Part shown: piece by piece, positions 51,816 through 64,000 of the stretch
Position numbering within the stretch: position 1 is the first letter of the stretch
How the letters are laid out: the number at the start of each line of letters is the position of its first letter
DNA from: Vicugna vicugna
Taxonomy: Eukaryota
Reading direction: 5' to 3'
DNA: 64,000 bases
Assembly: GCA_013265495.1 (NCBI GenBank)
Contig: MU058844.1
Coordinates: forward strand, 10,624,184 to 10,688,183
Notes under the pieces: generated by a model
What the model saw: only the letters and a program-made list of their open reading frames with translations
What the model was told of the DNA's origin: nothing
Databases searched by the model: none
Position numbers and translations under genes: made by a program

Positions 51816-54800
51816 TACTCATCTGTCAAAAACTGCAGGTTCTATTAATATGTTCTGGGCATAGTGGAAGGGGTAGACATTAATCAAATAAACAGGAAAA
51901 CAAAAGTAAAATCATAACAGGAGTGAAGGTTCGGAAGAACTTGGTGCTCTGAAAATCGATCGTGGGGAGATTTAACCACTCAGGGCAGTGAGGGCAGTGG
52001 TTACAAAACCAGGCATAGATGCAGGCTTGGCCACTTACAGTCTGGGTGACCAGTCAGATTGTCTACCTGTGCTGGATTTCTGTTTCCTTCTCTTGTAAAG
52101 TGATGATCGTCATGGTACTCATTTCATCTCTTTCCAAGATTGAGTTAATATACTAAAAATTTTAGAATGGCATCCAACACATAGCAAGAATTCAATTAAT
52201 ATTAGCTGTATTTTATATTCAGGGCATAAGGCTAAGTGTTGAGTGATACAGCTCAGAGCACATGTTGGTTATTATGCACATCAATAAATACATAAAAAGA
52301 AAGTGATGAATACAGTGAGAGGAATTTGGATATGCTAAGAAATTGAGAGGAGGAAGAGAAAATGTTTTAGATAAGAGCAGAGACTTCAAATTTACGGGGT
52401 CTGTTTAATAAAGCACGTATAGATAAATCTATTCAAACGCTTTTTTCCATTACTTTTAGTAGCTGGACAACTTGTAAACCTATTTTCTTATTTGGCATCC
52501 CTGACATGTGCTTATTAAAAAAAAAAAAAAGGTCTTATGGACTCACGGAGGATTTCACTTTGCCTAGAAAGTAATTATTCAACTATTGAGATTAATCCCA
52601 AGAAGTAGATTGGCCGGCTGTAATCAAAACAGACACTGGGCACAGAAATGGGAAGAAAAAGTGCTGCTTTCTTCTAGCTCCATAAACATCATTAGTGTCA
52701 ATGATGGCTGAACACAAGTCAGGAGTACTCTGATAAAGCAAAAACACTTAAAGATTAACCTCCCTTCCAACCTGAGAAACCCACTCACCTGGCTCTCTCT
52801 GCACAGCTCCCTAGTGCAGACCACTTACTCCGTGTACGGTTCAAGCTTATGGAAGACTACTAGATGTTAACCCAAGGTCACGGAAAACCATAACTTCTGA
52901 AGCCGTGTTTTCAGTCCAAGAAATATTTGTGTGAAAGTTACAGATAACCCCACACCCAAAGACATGTTTTCTTACAGTTCTCTAATCTCCTGAAGCAACC
53001 CTGTTTTTCAAACATGTAAATGAAAGTAAGCTTATGTAACCAATGATGTCATTCGTAATACTTCATTTAAAAGCTTCTCCCTCTTTTGATCTAGCTAAAA
53101 CCTTGCCATGCATGAACGAGAGAGCCTATGTATTCATTGCAAGCGAGACAGTATTAATAATGACCCTTCATTTTGAGCCTCGTCAATTACTCTCCTGGTG
53201 GGACGGTGTGATAGTCTCTCAGAAAGCTACATAAGTCTCCTAAATTACACAGGACAAGACAGAGATCATGTGACAACTTCGCAAAAAGAAAATAGACAGT
53301 GAAAGCACAGGAATATTTAAAGGAGTTAGAGAGGAACAAAGGGTTACAGGAAGAAATTTGAAATAGTGAAACTTGAAGGTGAATTACAACCACTGAAAAA
53401 CTTTTATTTTTGACTTTGATTTCTTATCGTGCTGCTGTCTTGCAGACTTGCTTTCACTTGATCTTCTGAATAGCTTAATTTTAACTTGGAATATGCTATA
53501 TTGCATATATGAAATTAGCAAAAATGTCCTCACAATTTACTGGCCCCTTTAGATAGAATTTTTTAAAAAGCCTAAGGCTATCATTTTGTGTACCCATATG
53601 AAAGCTGGACTGAATAGTTAATTAAAAACCACCATTTTAAATTAAATGTAGTTATTTGCATAGAATTTTCACATGAAAAATTTTACTCTATTTTGTAGAG
53701 CAATTAAATATTTAAAATTTGGTTAAGCTTAGTAAGAAACATCATTCACAATATCATTACTTTGTAGTATTTATAGAATATGTTTCAATGTTACCAAATC
53801 TCATGAAATATATTTTGGATTATGCTAAAATTGTTTTGAAGACCCACTTATGGGCCAGCAGCTGTGTTATAGCTTTTCATACATTATCTCATGTCATCTT
53901 CATAGAAGTTTTGTTCATTATCCCTTCAATTTAACAAAGGAAAAATTATATAGAGAGGAAAAACCATAGATTGAATAGTGGGAGAAATTCAAATAGGTTT
54001 TTACATCATTAGGTTACAAATGTGCCTATTATAAATGTATGCAATGGAAATATCCTCGTCTAGCTTTGAAGCCTTTTTAATAGGACATTTTCGATTTGAA
54101 AACAGAAATGGAGAAAATAAGTAACAGCACAAGATGCTACCAAGAGTGATTTCTTTAATATAAACTATAGGTTTCAATCAAAAATAGGCTCACTGAAATA
54201 TTGCTACTGGCAGAAAGCTATCAGCTTATTATTACTGCTACTCAAATATCATTAAGTGGAATTTTATAACATGAATTTTAACATTTAACTTAAAGACCTT
54301 TCAACAGAAAGTAATAGAGTAATATAAAAACTCTCCATTGAAAATGTTGTTTTTTTCTTCTGGTTAATGAATTAATCTCAGGTATTGTTCAACCTGAAGG
54401 TAAACAGATAACGTAAGAATTGAGTCAAAGTCAATTCTGCTTCTGCTGTTTTAACTTAGTGGTTTTCTTTTGGCTAAACCCAAACTACATTGTCAATGGT
54501 ATGAGAAAAAATCTTGATCGTATATTCCTCCCTGAAATTTACTTCTGCTTTTGTTTCTCCTGCCCTTACCTGCACCTCCGTCTACGGTTCTGACATTTTT
54601 GCTCTTTCCTTCCCCAGTCCCACGTCTTAGATGGAGTTGTTAGTCAAGGCTCTCTGCTCCTTGATCATTCTCACATTCACTCATCGTTGAGCATTCTTCC
54701 TCAGGCTTTAAACTTTCAGGTTAGTTTTCATTCTGTCTCTTCTTCTGTACTCTAGAGCTTTGCTCCCGACTGCCTATAAATCATTTCCTAGGAATTTTTC

Positions 54801-54979
54801 ACCGTCCTCTCAGATCAGTTCTCCAAACCAACTATGTGGCTTCCGTCAGTGCTTCTGTAATTTCCTGCCTCTTGGACACTGGGTGGAAATTCTAATTCCG
54901 AAATCCAACAGATCAGCAAGTCTTGGCATTTCTTCTTTGATGCATTTTACACTCTTTTACATCTATTTTTTGGGAAGGG

Positions 54980-55680
54980 ATTTTATTTATTGTATTTATT
55001 TATTTTCATCTATTTTTTAAATTGAAGTACAGTCAATTACAATCTGTCAATTTCTGGTGTACAGCACAATGTTCCAGTCATGCATATACATACATGGATT
55101 CATTTTCGTATTTTTTTCATTAAAGGTTATTATAAGATATTGAATGTAGTTCTCTGTGCTATACAGAAGAAACTTTTTTTAAATATATTTTTATATAGTC
55201 GCTAACATTTATAAATCTCAAATTCCCAAATTTATCCCATCCCACCCCCTTTCCCCAGTAACCATAAGATCGTTTACTATGTCTGTGAGTCTGTTTGTTT
55301 TGTTGATGAGTTCATAGTGTCCTTTTTTTTTTTTTTTAAAGATTCCACATATGAGTTATATATGGTATTTTTCTTTCTTTCTGGCTTACTGTACTAAGAA
55401 TGACAATCTCTAGGTCCATCCAGGTTGCTGCAAATGGCACTATTTTTTTCTTTTTTATGGCTGAATGGTATTCCATTGTATAAATATACCACAAATTCTT
55501 TATCTAGTCATCTGTCAATGGACATTTAGGTTGTTTCCATGTCTTGGCTATTGTAAACAGTGCTGCGATGAACATTGGGGTGCATGTGTCTTTTTGAATT
55601 AGAGTTCCCATTGGATACACCCAGGACGTAGGATTGCTGGATCATATGGTAGGTCTATTTTTAGTTTTTTGAGAACTCCA
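54980..55680 (-). mobile_element. LINE-1 3' fragment (5'-truncated), inserted within an older L2
   Basis: T-rich tail followed by typical L1 3'UTR/ORF2-end text on the plus strand (attgaagtacagtcaattacaat...; gtccatccaggttgctgcaaatggc; ggacatttaggttgtttccatgtcttggctattgtaaacagtgctgc; ggattgctggatcatatggt). Confidence 0.9.
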
Positions 55681-58600
55681 TTCATGTTTTTGAATTTAAA
55701 TCTATTTTGACTTGTAAGGTTTGGGTCTGACATTACCTCCCACTTGATCTCCCTTCCCATCAATTATGTATTCTTCCATTTTACCATTTACCATTCACTG
55801 TCATCAGGCAAAACTGTCTAATGCATAATTTTCAATTATTTTGTGCATAGCTTTCACAGTCCTCTGTGATTGGCCCACTGTCCCTATTTGTCTTTCTTAC
55901 GCTCCCCTACACCCACCTGTAGTCCCATCAGACTGCATATCTCATTGTTCTTTGCTCAGTTCTACCCTCATCTTTTTCTAAAGCAGATTTCTTCTGTTTG
56001 GAAATGCTATTCTTCTTTATCTTTAGTCATTTAAATGGTGCTTATTTTTCAAGGCTCAACATGTTTCACTTAGTGTTGACAGATTTTTAAATAAAAATAT
56101 TGTGTATATTTGCTAAAATTTCCCAGTCTCTCCCAGTGGGAAATAGTGACTACACGTGGAATACATAGGGTGGTTTGTTAGACTAGTATAAAAAAGATGC
56201 ATTATGTAAAAATAAAAAGACAAATCTGTAAAAATGTGCAAAGGGTATTTTAATAAACTCCTTCCTATACATGAAATTCATTTCTTGCTGACTCAAAACT
56301 CAGCTCTTCGTAGGTTCATGACATGAACCCTGGTATTTAATGCAAGCACAATGAAAATAATTTGGAACTAGTTAGAAATAAATTTTCAGTAGCTGGTCTT
56401 CTGTTGGAGGGTAGGGAACCCTGCACAACTATTTTCCCTTATTGAGAGAGGCTGTTGTTTCATGGGAAGTAGGCAGTTTAAAAAGTAATTATTTAATCAA
56501 ACACATATTTATTGAACATCTATGTGTCGGGCAATTTTCTTAAGTCGGGATACGACACTAAGCATGGTTTGTGCAATCACGAAACTCACTATTGACTTCC
56601 CAGGTGTGAAAAGCTAGGTCTAATTTTCTTTTTCTAAGAGGAGCAACTTTCTCATACTTACTGAGCCCAGTCCTCAGAACATAATATGGTCCATTTTCAC
56701 ATGGAAACTACGTGGTTTAATATATTCCTGTGGACAAATTTAGAGCTCTGGGGTACATTTATTGATGAACTCAACTAGTAAATATTCTTTCTACAGTAAA
56801 AATGTAACTATCAAATTGAAAAGCATCCTTTCCTCCCCCAGGGAGTTTTGACATGAAATACATTTCTTAAATTATTTATTTAAGGGGCCCTGACATATAC
56901 TTGTGAAAAAAAAAATAGATACTCCAAATATTACTGTCTTTAACAGAGCAAGAAATATCCTTTTCTTTAATGGATGGTGAAATCAAAGATGAAAGCCTCA
57001 CCAAGACCAAGGGTGTCACGTTTATAGAAGGGAAAATCTTGGCATTACTGACAGCAGCCCTGTGTGTCAACATGATGCTCCCTCCCATATCTGAAGTCTA
57101 TTCATCAGACATGCGTTGTACCTCAGACATACAGAACAAGCAGCTGGGGAGAGGAGCTTTTTCTGATTGGTATGAAGTGCCCTAAGGCTGAAAGGAGCCC
57201 TGCTCCCTGCTCTTCCTAGTTCTGAGTTCTCCCTTAAAAAAGATGTTCTTCGCCTTCTCTAAAACATCTGACTGAGTACTATCCGCTTAATGGTGCTCAG
57301 GAAATGTTAAGACGGCTTGAAAGAAACCCACATCCCCATGTTCTTGGGCTCAAGGAAGAGTGGACTGGCCGGTCTCTGAGGTACACCACCCTCTGACAGG
57401 TAACCTACTCGATCCCATGTCCTTGGTTCTGATTCCTTCCTCATTCCTGGTCACGATCGGCTACTACCATTTCCTAGGCCAGCAAACTTTTGGTGGATTT
57501 GCTATGGGGTTCAAGGTTTAATTGAGGGCAAAATTTACTGATTTGAGTCTTTCTGCCTTGAATTCACTTTCAAGGTCATCGCATTCGGAGTTATCGCCAT
57601 TCCATTCCCATTCATCATATTAAGACACAACCTTAAACCCATAATGTTTTCACAAGATGAGCTGCGTTTTCCCCTTGGAGAAATGTAAGCTGGTCGATTG
57701 GCACGAGTCCTTGATATTTCAGCCAGGAGCCTCAAGGTGACGTAGGTAACACCATTGCTATGGCCACACCCAAAATTCAGCAATGTCCTCAAACATTTTC
57801 TAGCTTCAGCATAACTTTATTTTGTCATACGAGTGCCTCAGCCCTGCACTAAAGTCTGTGTAATTCATTTTATAAGTAAGTTATCTATAATCTTCATTCT
57901 TAAATTTACTGACGATTTTTGCCAACTTCTAGGTTTACCCCAACAACCCATCTTTCTCGATTACTATACATTGATGCAAGATGCAGAGTACAATAGAAAA
58001 ATAATAGTTTTGCTATTAACTGGGAGGAAAAATAATGTGTATTTCAAAGCTTTGCTTCTAGACTGTTGATAAGTAATTTTTAAAAACATACGGATAATCA
58101 TTTTTTAGAAATGGGCAAAAAAAGAAAATAAGGCTTGCATTTTAAAGCTTTTTCTAAATTACAGGATGCAAAGAGAAAAAAAATGCTCTGGAAATATGTG
58201 GATTAATATACTCACTACCAGTCATTGGAGACAGAACAGTAAATGCAAGATTTGAAATGTATGAAGTCATTCAGAACATGGGTTAAGATTAAACTAACCC
58301 TTCATGGTCAGAATGAAGAATTCCTCATTATAGAATGAAATGGCTTCAAAGACCATGCGTTCTTGGCTTCTGGGTATTAAACTTACTTTTTCCTCACTCT
58401 TCAGAAGGGTAGTTCTAAGCCTCCTTTGAATTATATTCTCCTCTTAAAATAGGACAAAAGTTATGGGCTCTTGATGGGAAAACATATACCTGTGTGTGTT
58501 GTGTTTTTGTTTAAATTTCCACGTAATTGGAAGTGTGCAGTATCCTTGTGGAGATGACAGTTCCTGGGTCTGGAAGACCATTGGGCTCTGAATTAAAAAC

Positions 58601-58979
58601 TCCTTTCATGGAGCATCAGAGAAAAATTCAAGATTAGTGAGTTAGGGAAAATGCATTCCATTATTTGGTCATTGGTTAATCACTTACTTCATCTTGGCCA
58701 TCTGCTGTGTGTCTACACTGTGCTGGGAGTGGTGGGGGAAACAGAAGACAGAAGAGATGGTTCCCTTCCTCAAGGAGCTTATGAAGATTACCTCCCAGGA
58801 AAAATGAAGAGATAGGAGGCAATACGGCATTAAACATGGGATTGAGTGGAATAGGTGGGCTCTGTGGGTGGCAGGTTAGAGAAGGGCGAGATAAAGGGTC
58901 CTAGACTTCAAGGTCATGGAGGGGGTGAGCTGTGAAGCGTTGCCTGCCTCACCGTGCAAACAGCATTTTGGGGACTCCG

Positions 58980-59080
58980 GCTTTCTTTTCCCCTCCTTTC
59001 CTTCCTGACTCCTCCCCTCCTGTCTGCCCACCTCCTTCCTTTCTTCTTTCTTCTTCCTTGTTCCTTTCCTTCTTTCCTCT
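58980..59080. repeat. Pyrimidine-rich low-complexity tract
   Basis: Nearly pure C/T (ctttcttttcccctcctttccttcc...). Confidence 0.8.
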
Positions 59081-61377
59081 GGGTTTAGGAATCACTTTAA
59101 TCTAACTTATCACTCAGTGACACCTTGTTAAAGCTCTCAATAAGACATGGACTTAATGAGAATCTACATTAGTTACTTTTTTTTTTTAATCATGTAAGTG
59201 AAAAGATATTTATATGAAGTAAACACATGTAGCCTTCCCTAAATAGCCTTCAGAATTACCTTCTTAAGAACACCTTTGACATTTCTCTAACATAGTTCTG
59301 TTTAGCTTTTGAATATGAGCCCCTGACAGAAAAAAAAAGCAAATTGGGAGATGTGTCTGTATAAATACGCTGTAAAAAGGATCCAAGCTATTGATTTGAG
59401 TCAGCTACTGGTGGATTTTAAGGTGAATGGATTGTGTGAAAAACAGTAATGGAGGAAGGAGAGGCTCATTCATTCGTTCACTTATCCATTTGAATGTCTA
59501 CTTAACAGTCATATTCAAAACATTGGAGGAATTGTAAACAAGTTTGAAATAATCACTTTACAGTCCAGTTGGGCAGATCTGATTACTGTACATGAAGCAG
59601 TTGTGGACAACACATGTTAACTGCTAAATTAAACGCGGTCTTTGCTAGATTTTAATTCTACGTAGTCACAGCAATCTCATTCTACTTATCAAATGAGCGC
59701 TAGTTTAGAATCACTTTTAAAAACTTGAAAATTTAATGAAAAAGGAAATCTGTCTCTTTGCCTGTATATGCTTAAAAAATGGTTAACACAAAGAAACTTC
59801 AGTAAAATATGACATTGCTTTGATATACACAAAATCGCAACCTATACATTGATAAATTTTTACCAGAACCTCTCTCCATTGATCTGATTTTAGTATGTGC
59901 TGTGCTATTGAACAAATGCACAGGCCCTCCTGAATAACTTGTTAAGGTTATTGACGTTTCTTCCTGAACGCAAGGATCAGTCTTGATAACAGAAGTGAGT
60001 TGACTGAAGGTCATTTTATCTGCACAGGTATTAATCAAATAATTAATTTTATAGAATGTCTATAATAATAGTCTACTTTCAACAAGAAGGCAAAGTCATC
60101 CACATCTTCCCAACATTGAAATGTCTGAAATTGGACATGGAAATTGATGTTGGGTCTTCAGGCAGAGATAAGCCCCCTGCAAGACTGCCAGAGGATTTAG
60201 ATAAGGCTCAGGAACCCAGCAGTGTGTTGTCAGCGGGCTCCAGGGAGAAATGCGTTGGCAAACACAGAGGGATGCCAGTAGGCTGGCAGAGATGAAGGCG
60301 ATTTGCGGGCTAATGAGTTCTGAAGCTTTTGGAAGTTTGTAACAGTTTTCAATCATGCTGTGGACAACACAGTTTTGTGGTTAAAGGGAAATCCACTTAT
60401 CCTGAAAAACTGGCAGCGTGTCTTACTTGAGTTTTGATTTCTAAGTTCAAAACGAAAAAGGAATTAGGTCTCAGGTTTTTCTTCCCTTAGGAGAAACCGG
60501 CTTTCCTGACATTTGTATGAGAAGTCTTCAAAATATGCATCTTTTGGATTCAGACCCAATTAATATTTGGTTGGATTTTGATGTTTGAATTAGGTTAACA
60601 ACTTTAATCTGGTTTCTGTCTTTGACAAAGATTGGCCAAGGGAAAAAAAAATCTGTTCCAAGAATTGAACATGGCAGCTGTTGGTAACTTTGGGATAATT
60701 CAATAGTTGAGTAGCTACTTGTTCCTTTACTAAGCGATTTAATGTTATTGATTAAATCCAGTTATGCTAAAGGAACATCAGCTAAAGGGGCAGATAGATT
60801 CTCTGATCCCCTATATTCCCTGATCCCCTGTGCTCTTCTATCATGGCTAGAAGAAACAAACAAACAAAAATGCCACTTGGTTTGATCACCTGCTTTGGGG
60901 AAGGATGTTTTCCCCTGTACTTCCTGTTTATTATTCTGGGAGCAGATGACACATTTTTAGAATTCTCGGTCACTTGGAGAGATCTGATTGTACTGACAGG
61001 AGAACCGTGTGGCTGCTGTGCATGAGCGAAGAAGAGCAGGAGGTTCGAGTCTTTTCAGTCATGAGAGGGAAGGGTCAGGTTCATTAATTTCATTAGTATA
61101 CAAAGTGACAGGTAGACAGTGCAAACGAAGCCGCTGGCTTGTCTGTCTCTCCATGGGACATTTTTCCTTGATGATTCAGTGGATTGCTGCGGCTACTGAC
61201 CCAACTGACTAATTTTCCTCTCCCAACTGTTTCCTGTTTCTCTCAATCTATTTCTCTCCACGGCAGTGTTACCTGTCCAGTGCTCAGTCTGTGGCATCAT
61301 TTCTTCCTGTGTGTCCTGGTTCTTGGATGTGAACTTTCATTTCTTGTCTATAGCTCCCATGATCCTTGATTTTTTTT

Positions 61378-61575
61378 TTCAATGCTTAAAAATTTTTTTT
61401 TCCTAGATAGTTGTGATATATAGAGTTTTTAAACTTTATTTTCCTTTTAGGGAGGGGGTAGGGGGAGGTAATTAGGTTTATTTATTTATCTTTTTTTAGT
61501 GGAGGTACTGGGGTTTGAACTCAGGACCTCCTGCATGCTAGGCATGAGCTCTACCACTGAGCTATAACCTCACCC
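61378..61575 (-). mobile_element. tRNA-derived SINE, Vic-1-like (camelid)
   Basis: Minus strand reads GGGTGAGGTTATAGCTCAGTGGTAGAGC...GGTCCTGAGTTCAAACCCCAGTACCTCCA (A box and B box), then AAATAAATAAACCTAATTACCTCCCCC. Candidate TSD atccttgatttttttt (61362-61377) / aaccttgatttatttt (61576-61591). Confidence 0.85.
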
Positions 61576-64000
61576 AACCTTGATTTATTTTCTGTTCTTG
61601 CTTTGGAAGGGGTTTCCCTAGGCCAGTCAGTCTTGTGTCTAGTGATTTTTTCCCTCTGTTTGTTTTTCCCCTTTTAAATATTATCCCTCTTCTGTTTAGA
61701 CCTTGTACTTCTAAGCGGTGCAACAGTGAGCACGTGGCTCAAGGCCCTGCACGAATCGTGCTGGGTTTTGTAGGTTGCTCTCAGATCTCCACTAGGAATA
61801 TAGATTTCCCTTTATTCTCTTTGTCAAACTCAGCTATTTCTTCCTTTAAATGACTCTGAGTAGACTTCCTCCAAGTGTCTACCTGAGTAGCACCACTCAG
61901 GAACCCTGTATGTTGTCCGTCATCCACGTTCATTTACGCCTCTGCCTTGTGTTACTACATACTGAGCCTTGTTTTCTAGTGGTGATCTGTCTCTTCCACG
62001 TGAGGACACTATTCCCTTCCTTTCTTTTGCCTTCTATAAAGTATCAATTTGGTTGGGCACGTGGTAAGTCTTAAATGCTTACTGAACGAACGAAAGAATA
62101 ATTAGATGTAGAGAAAGTCTTTTCCAAATATCGTTTCCACATAGTGAGGGCCTGGCTCTGTGGGACACCTTGTAGAAGCTAAAAAGTACATTAAAAAAAT
62201 ACTACAGATCAAATCTTGCTAAAAACTTCCGAGATATGTCAATTTTCCAGATTATTTAGAAAACCTGTGCAAGTATCTCTTATTTTTAAATTCTAGGTAG
62301 ACTATAGAAAACGCAGTAAGACAAATTTTTTTCTGTCAATTATTTTTTCTAAATAATTTTTATATTGTACATCCCCTTGAAAAGAATCTCTTAAAATTGT
62401 ACTAGAAATGCTGATATGGTTTTCTCTTTCTCATATCCAGCACCTGCAGTATCTAATAATTCAATTTCTCATTGATACAGTTTTTTCATTTTATGATACC
62501 TTTTTGCATTATCTTAACTGATTTGACCCTAAAAGGCAAATGGTGGAGTAGCTAGAATACATAATCATTGTCTCCACTTTAGGGATTAGAAAGTTGAGGA
62601 TCTGAAATGTGGCTTCTGTGATGTAATTCCCATTAGAGTTGGGATCAGATTTAGGTCTTTGGGGTTCAATTTTCATGCTCTTTCTATATATTCGGACAGT
62701 CTTTTGTGTCCACACTGAAAAGTGAGCGAATATTGACTAATTACTGCTAAGAAGCATTCAGTTTTGTGAACACATTTGTACGTTACTGTCAGGCTTCTTT
62801 GAACTGAAATAATCTTTAGCTGTTGATGCCAAATCAATGGAAATCATTTGTCAAAAAATATTGTTGATAATAATTGTAACAACAGGGCAATGCCAGATTA
62901 AAAAAATGATCTTGGATCTTGACTCCCAAGTTCTGCAGCTTAAATTGCTAAATAAATCTGATCAAGTTATTTAAACTTTCTGAACTTGAGTTTCACCATC
63001 TGTGTTGTGGGAGGTGGGTGGAGCAAGGAGATAATGAGAGAAACTCGGATTTGTAATATGTAAATTTCTGATTTGCGAAGTACTTAGAATGGTGGATAAT
63101 ACGAAGGGAAGTTTTAAATGTCAGTTTTCATTATTATTTGCCAGCAATTCCTATTAAAATCTCACAACTTGAAAATGCTTAAAACTTGGCTGAAAAAGCA
63201 ACTTCTGAAAGTTACATAGATAAAAGATGAAACATAAGCAGTTTTCTGTATGTATTATACAGCTCCCAATATACTCAGTGTGTTCTGCCTTAACAATATA
63301 TCAGAATGTCAGGGTAACATTCAAAAATAAAGACTGCTGTCAAAAAACTGAAAGCCAAAGCATTTTGGTAGTGATCAAGCTATTCATGGGTAAATAATAG
63401 AATGAATAAATCAAACTTTGGGGGAGAATAAATAATAGTCCTTCAAAAATCACACTGGCTAATGACTGTTTTTCAAACAATGCAGGCAGCATTAGAATAA
63501 CACTAAATTTGTACTAATGGAAATAAACATGTCCTACTTTGCATTTTAACAATTGGTCAGCCCAGCTAACACGACCGGAGGTACACATTTTAATATAGCA
63601 GTAAAGATCTTAGTGGCAAGATTTTACTCTTTCTACTGGCAAAATGATAAGTTTCACTTGTTCCCACTCCCAGTCATATAGTACTTAGGCATTAAAACTC
63701 GCCAGGTATTTTAAGTGACTGAAAAGTTACCTTGAATTCAGCATTTACTATTCAGTGATTATTTACATACACACTTGAATTAGAATGATCAATTTTTATG
63801 AAGACCCAGCTTGGATCTTATACCATTTGTTTCCACTGAATGATTTATGAAACAGTTGGGTTTATTATTTCATTTACATAACGTTATCCTCATTCGTACA
63901 TGACAGATCTAAAGTACGCCAGATGATCTGACTAAGATTCTGGGAAGGAACCATGACCCAATCTCAAAGTCAGTGTTTTGAACCATCCAGCTCTTTCTGC

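Noticed and set aside
61495..61575. tRNA-like sequence with A and B boxes
   Set aside because: It has a SINE-type tail and TSD and no evident acceptor stem, so it is a tRNA-derived SINE rather than a tRNA gene; the same applies to 3707-3794.

Overview
Mammalian genomic DNA lying entirely inside the synaptotagmin-1 gene (SYT1) on the minus strand. Five consecutive coding exons (51324-51140, 45204-45082, 41554-41387, 38184-38017, 2342-2225; 762 nt in total) have canonical AG/GT boundaries and compatible phases. They encode the transmembrane helix, palmitoylated cysteine cluster, basic linker, the whole C2A domain and the start of C2B. The start-codon exon and last exons lie outside the window. 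Two tRNA-derived SINEs resemble the camelid Vic-1 family, suggesting a camel or alpaca/llama genome. The introns contain MIR, L2 and L1 fragments, an MLT1-type LTR and a 451-bp solo LTR with intact termini. The most interesting non-coding signals are: a divergent CTCF motif cluster at 9.4-10.6 kb, in which one motif was doubled by a perfect 46-bp duplication; a CRE + AP-1 + ETS candidate enhancer at about 17.6-18.1 kb; and the tandem acceptor that can add or remove Ala-Leu-Lys in the SYT1 linker. The sequence gives no good support for an undescribed multi-gene system, and nearly all ORF-track entries appear to be chance intronic ORFs. Repeat family names and boundaries are from visual recognition and are approximate.
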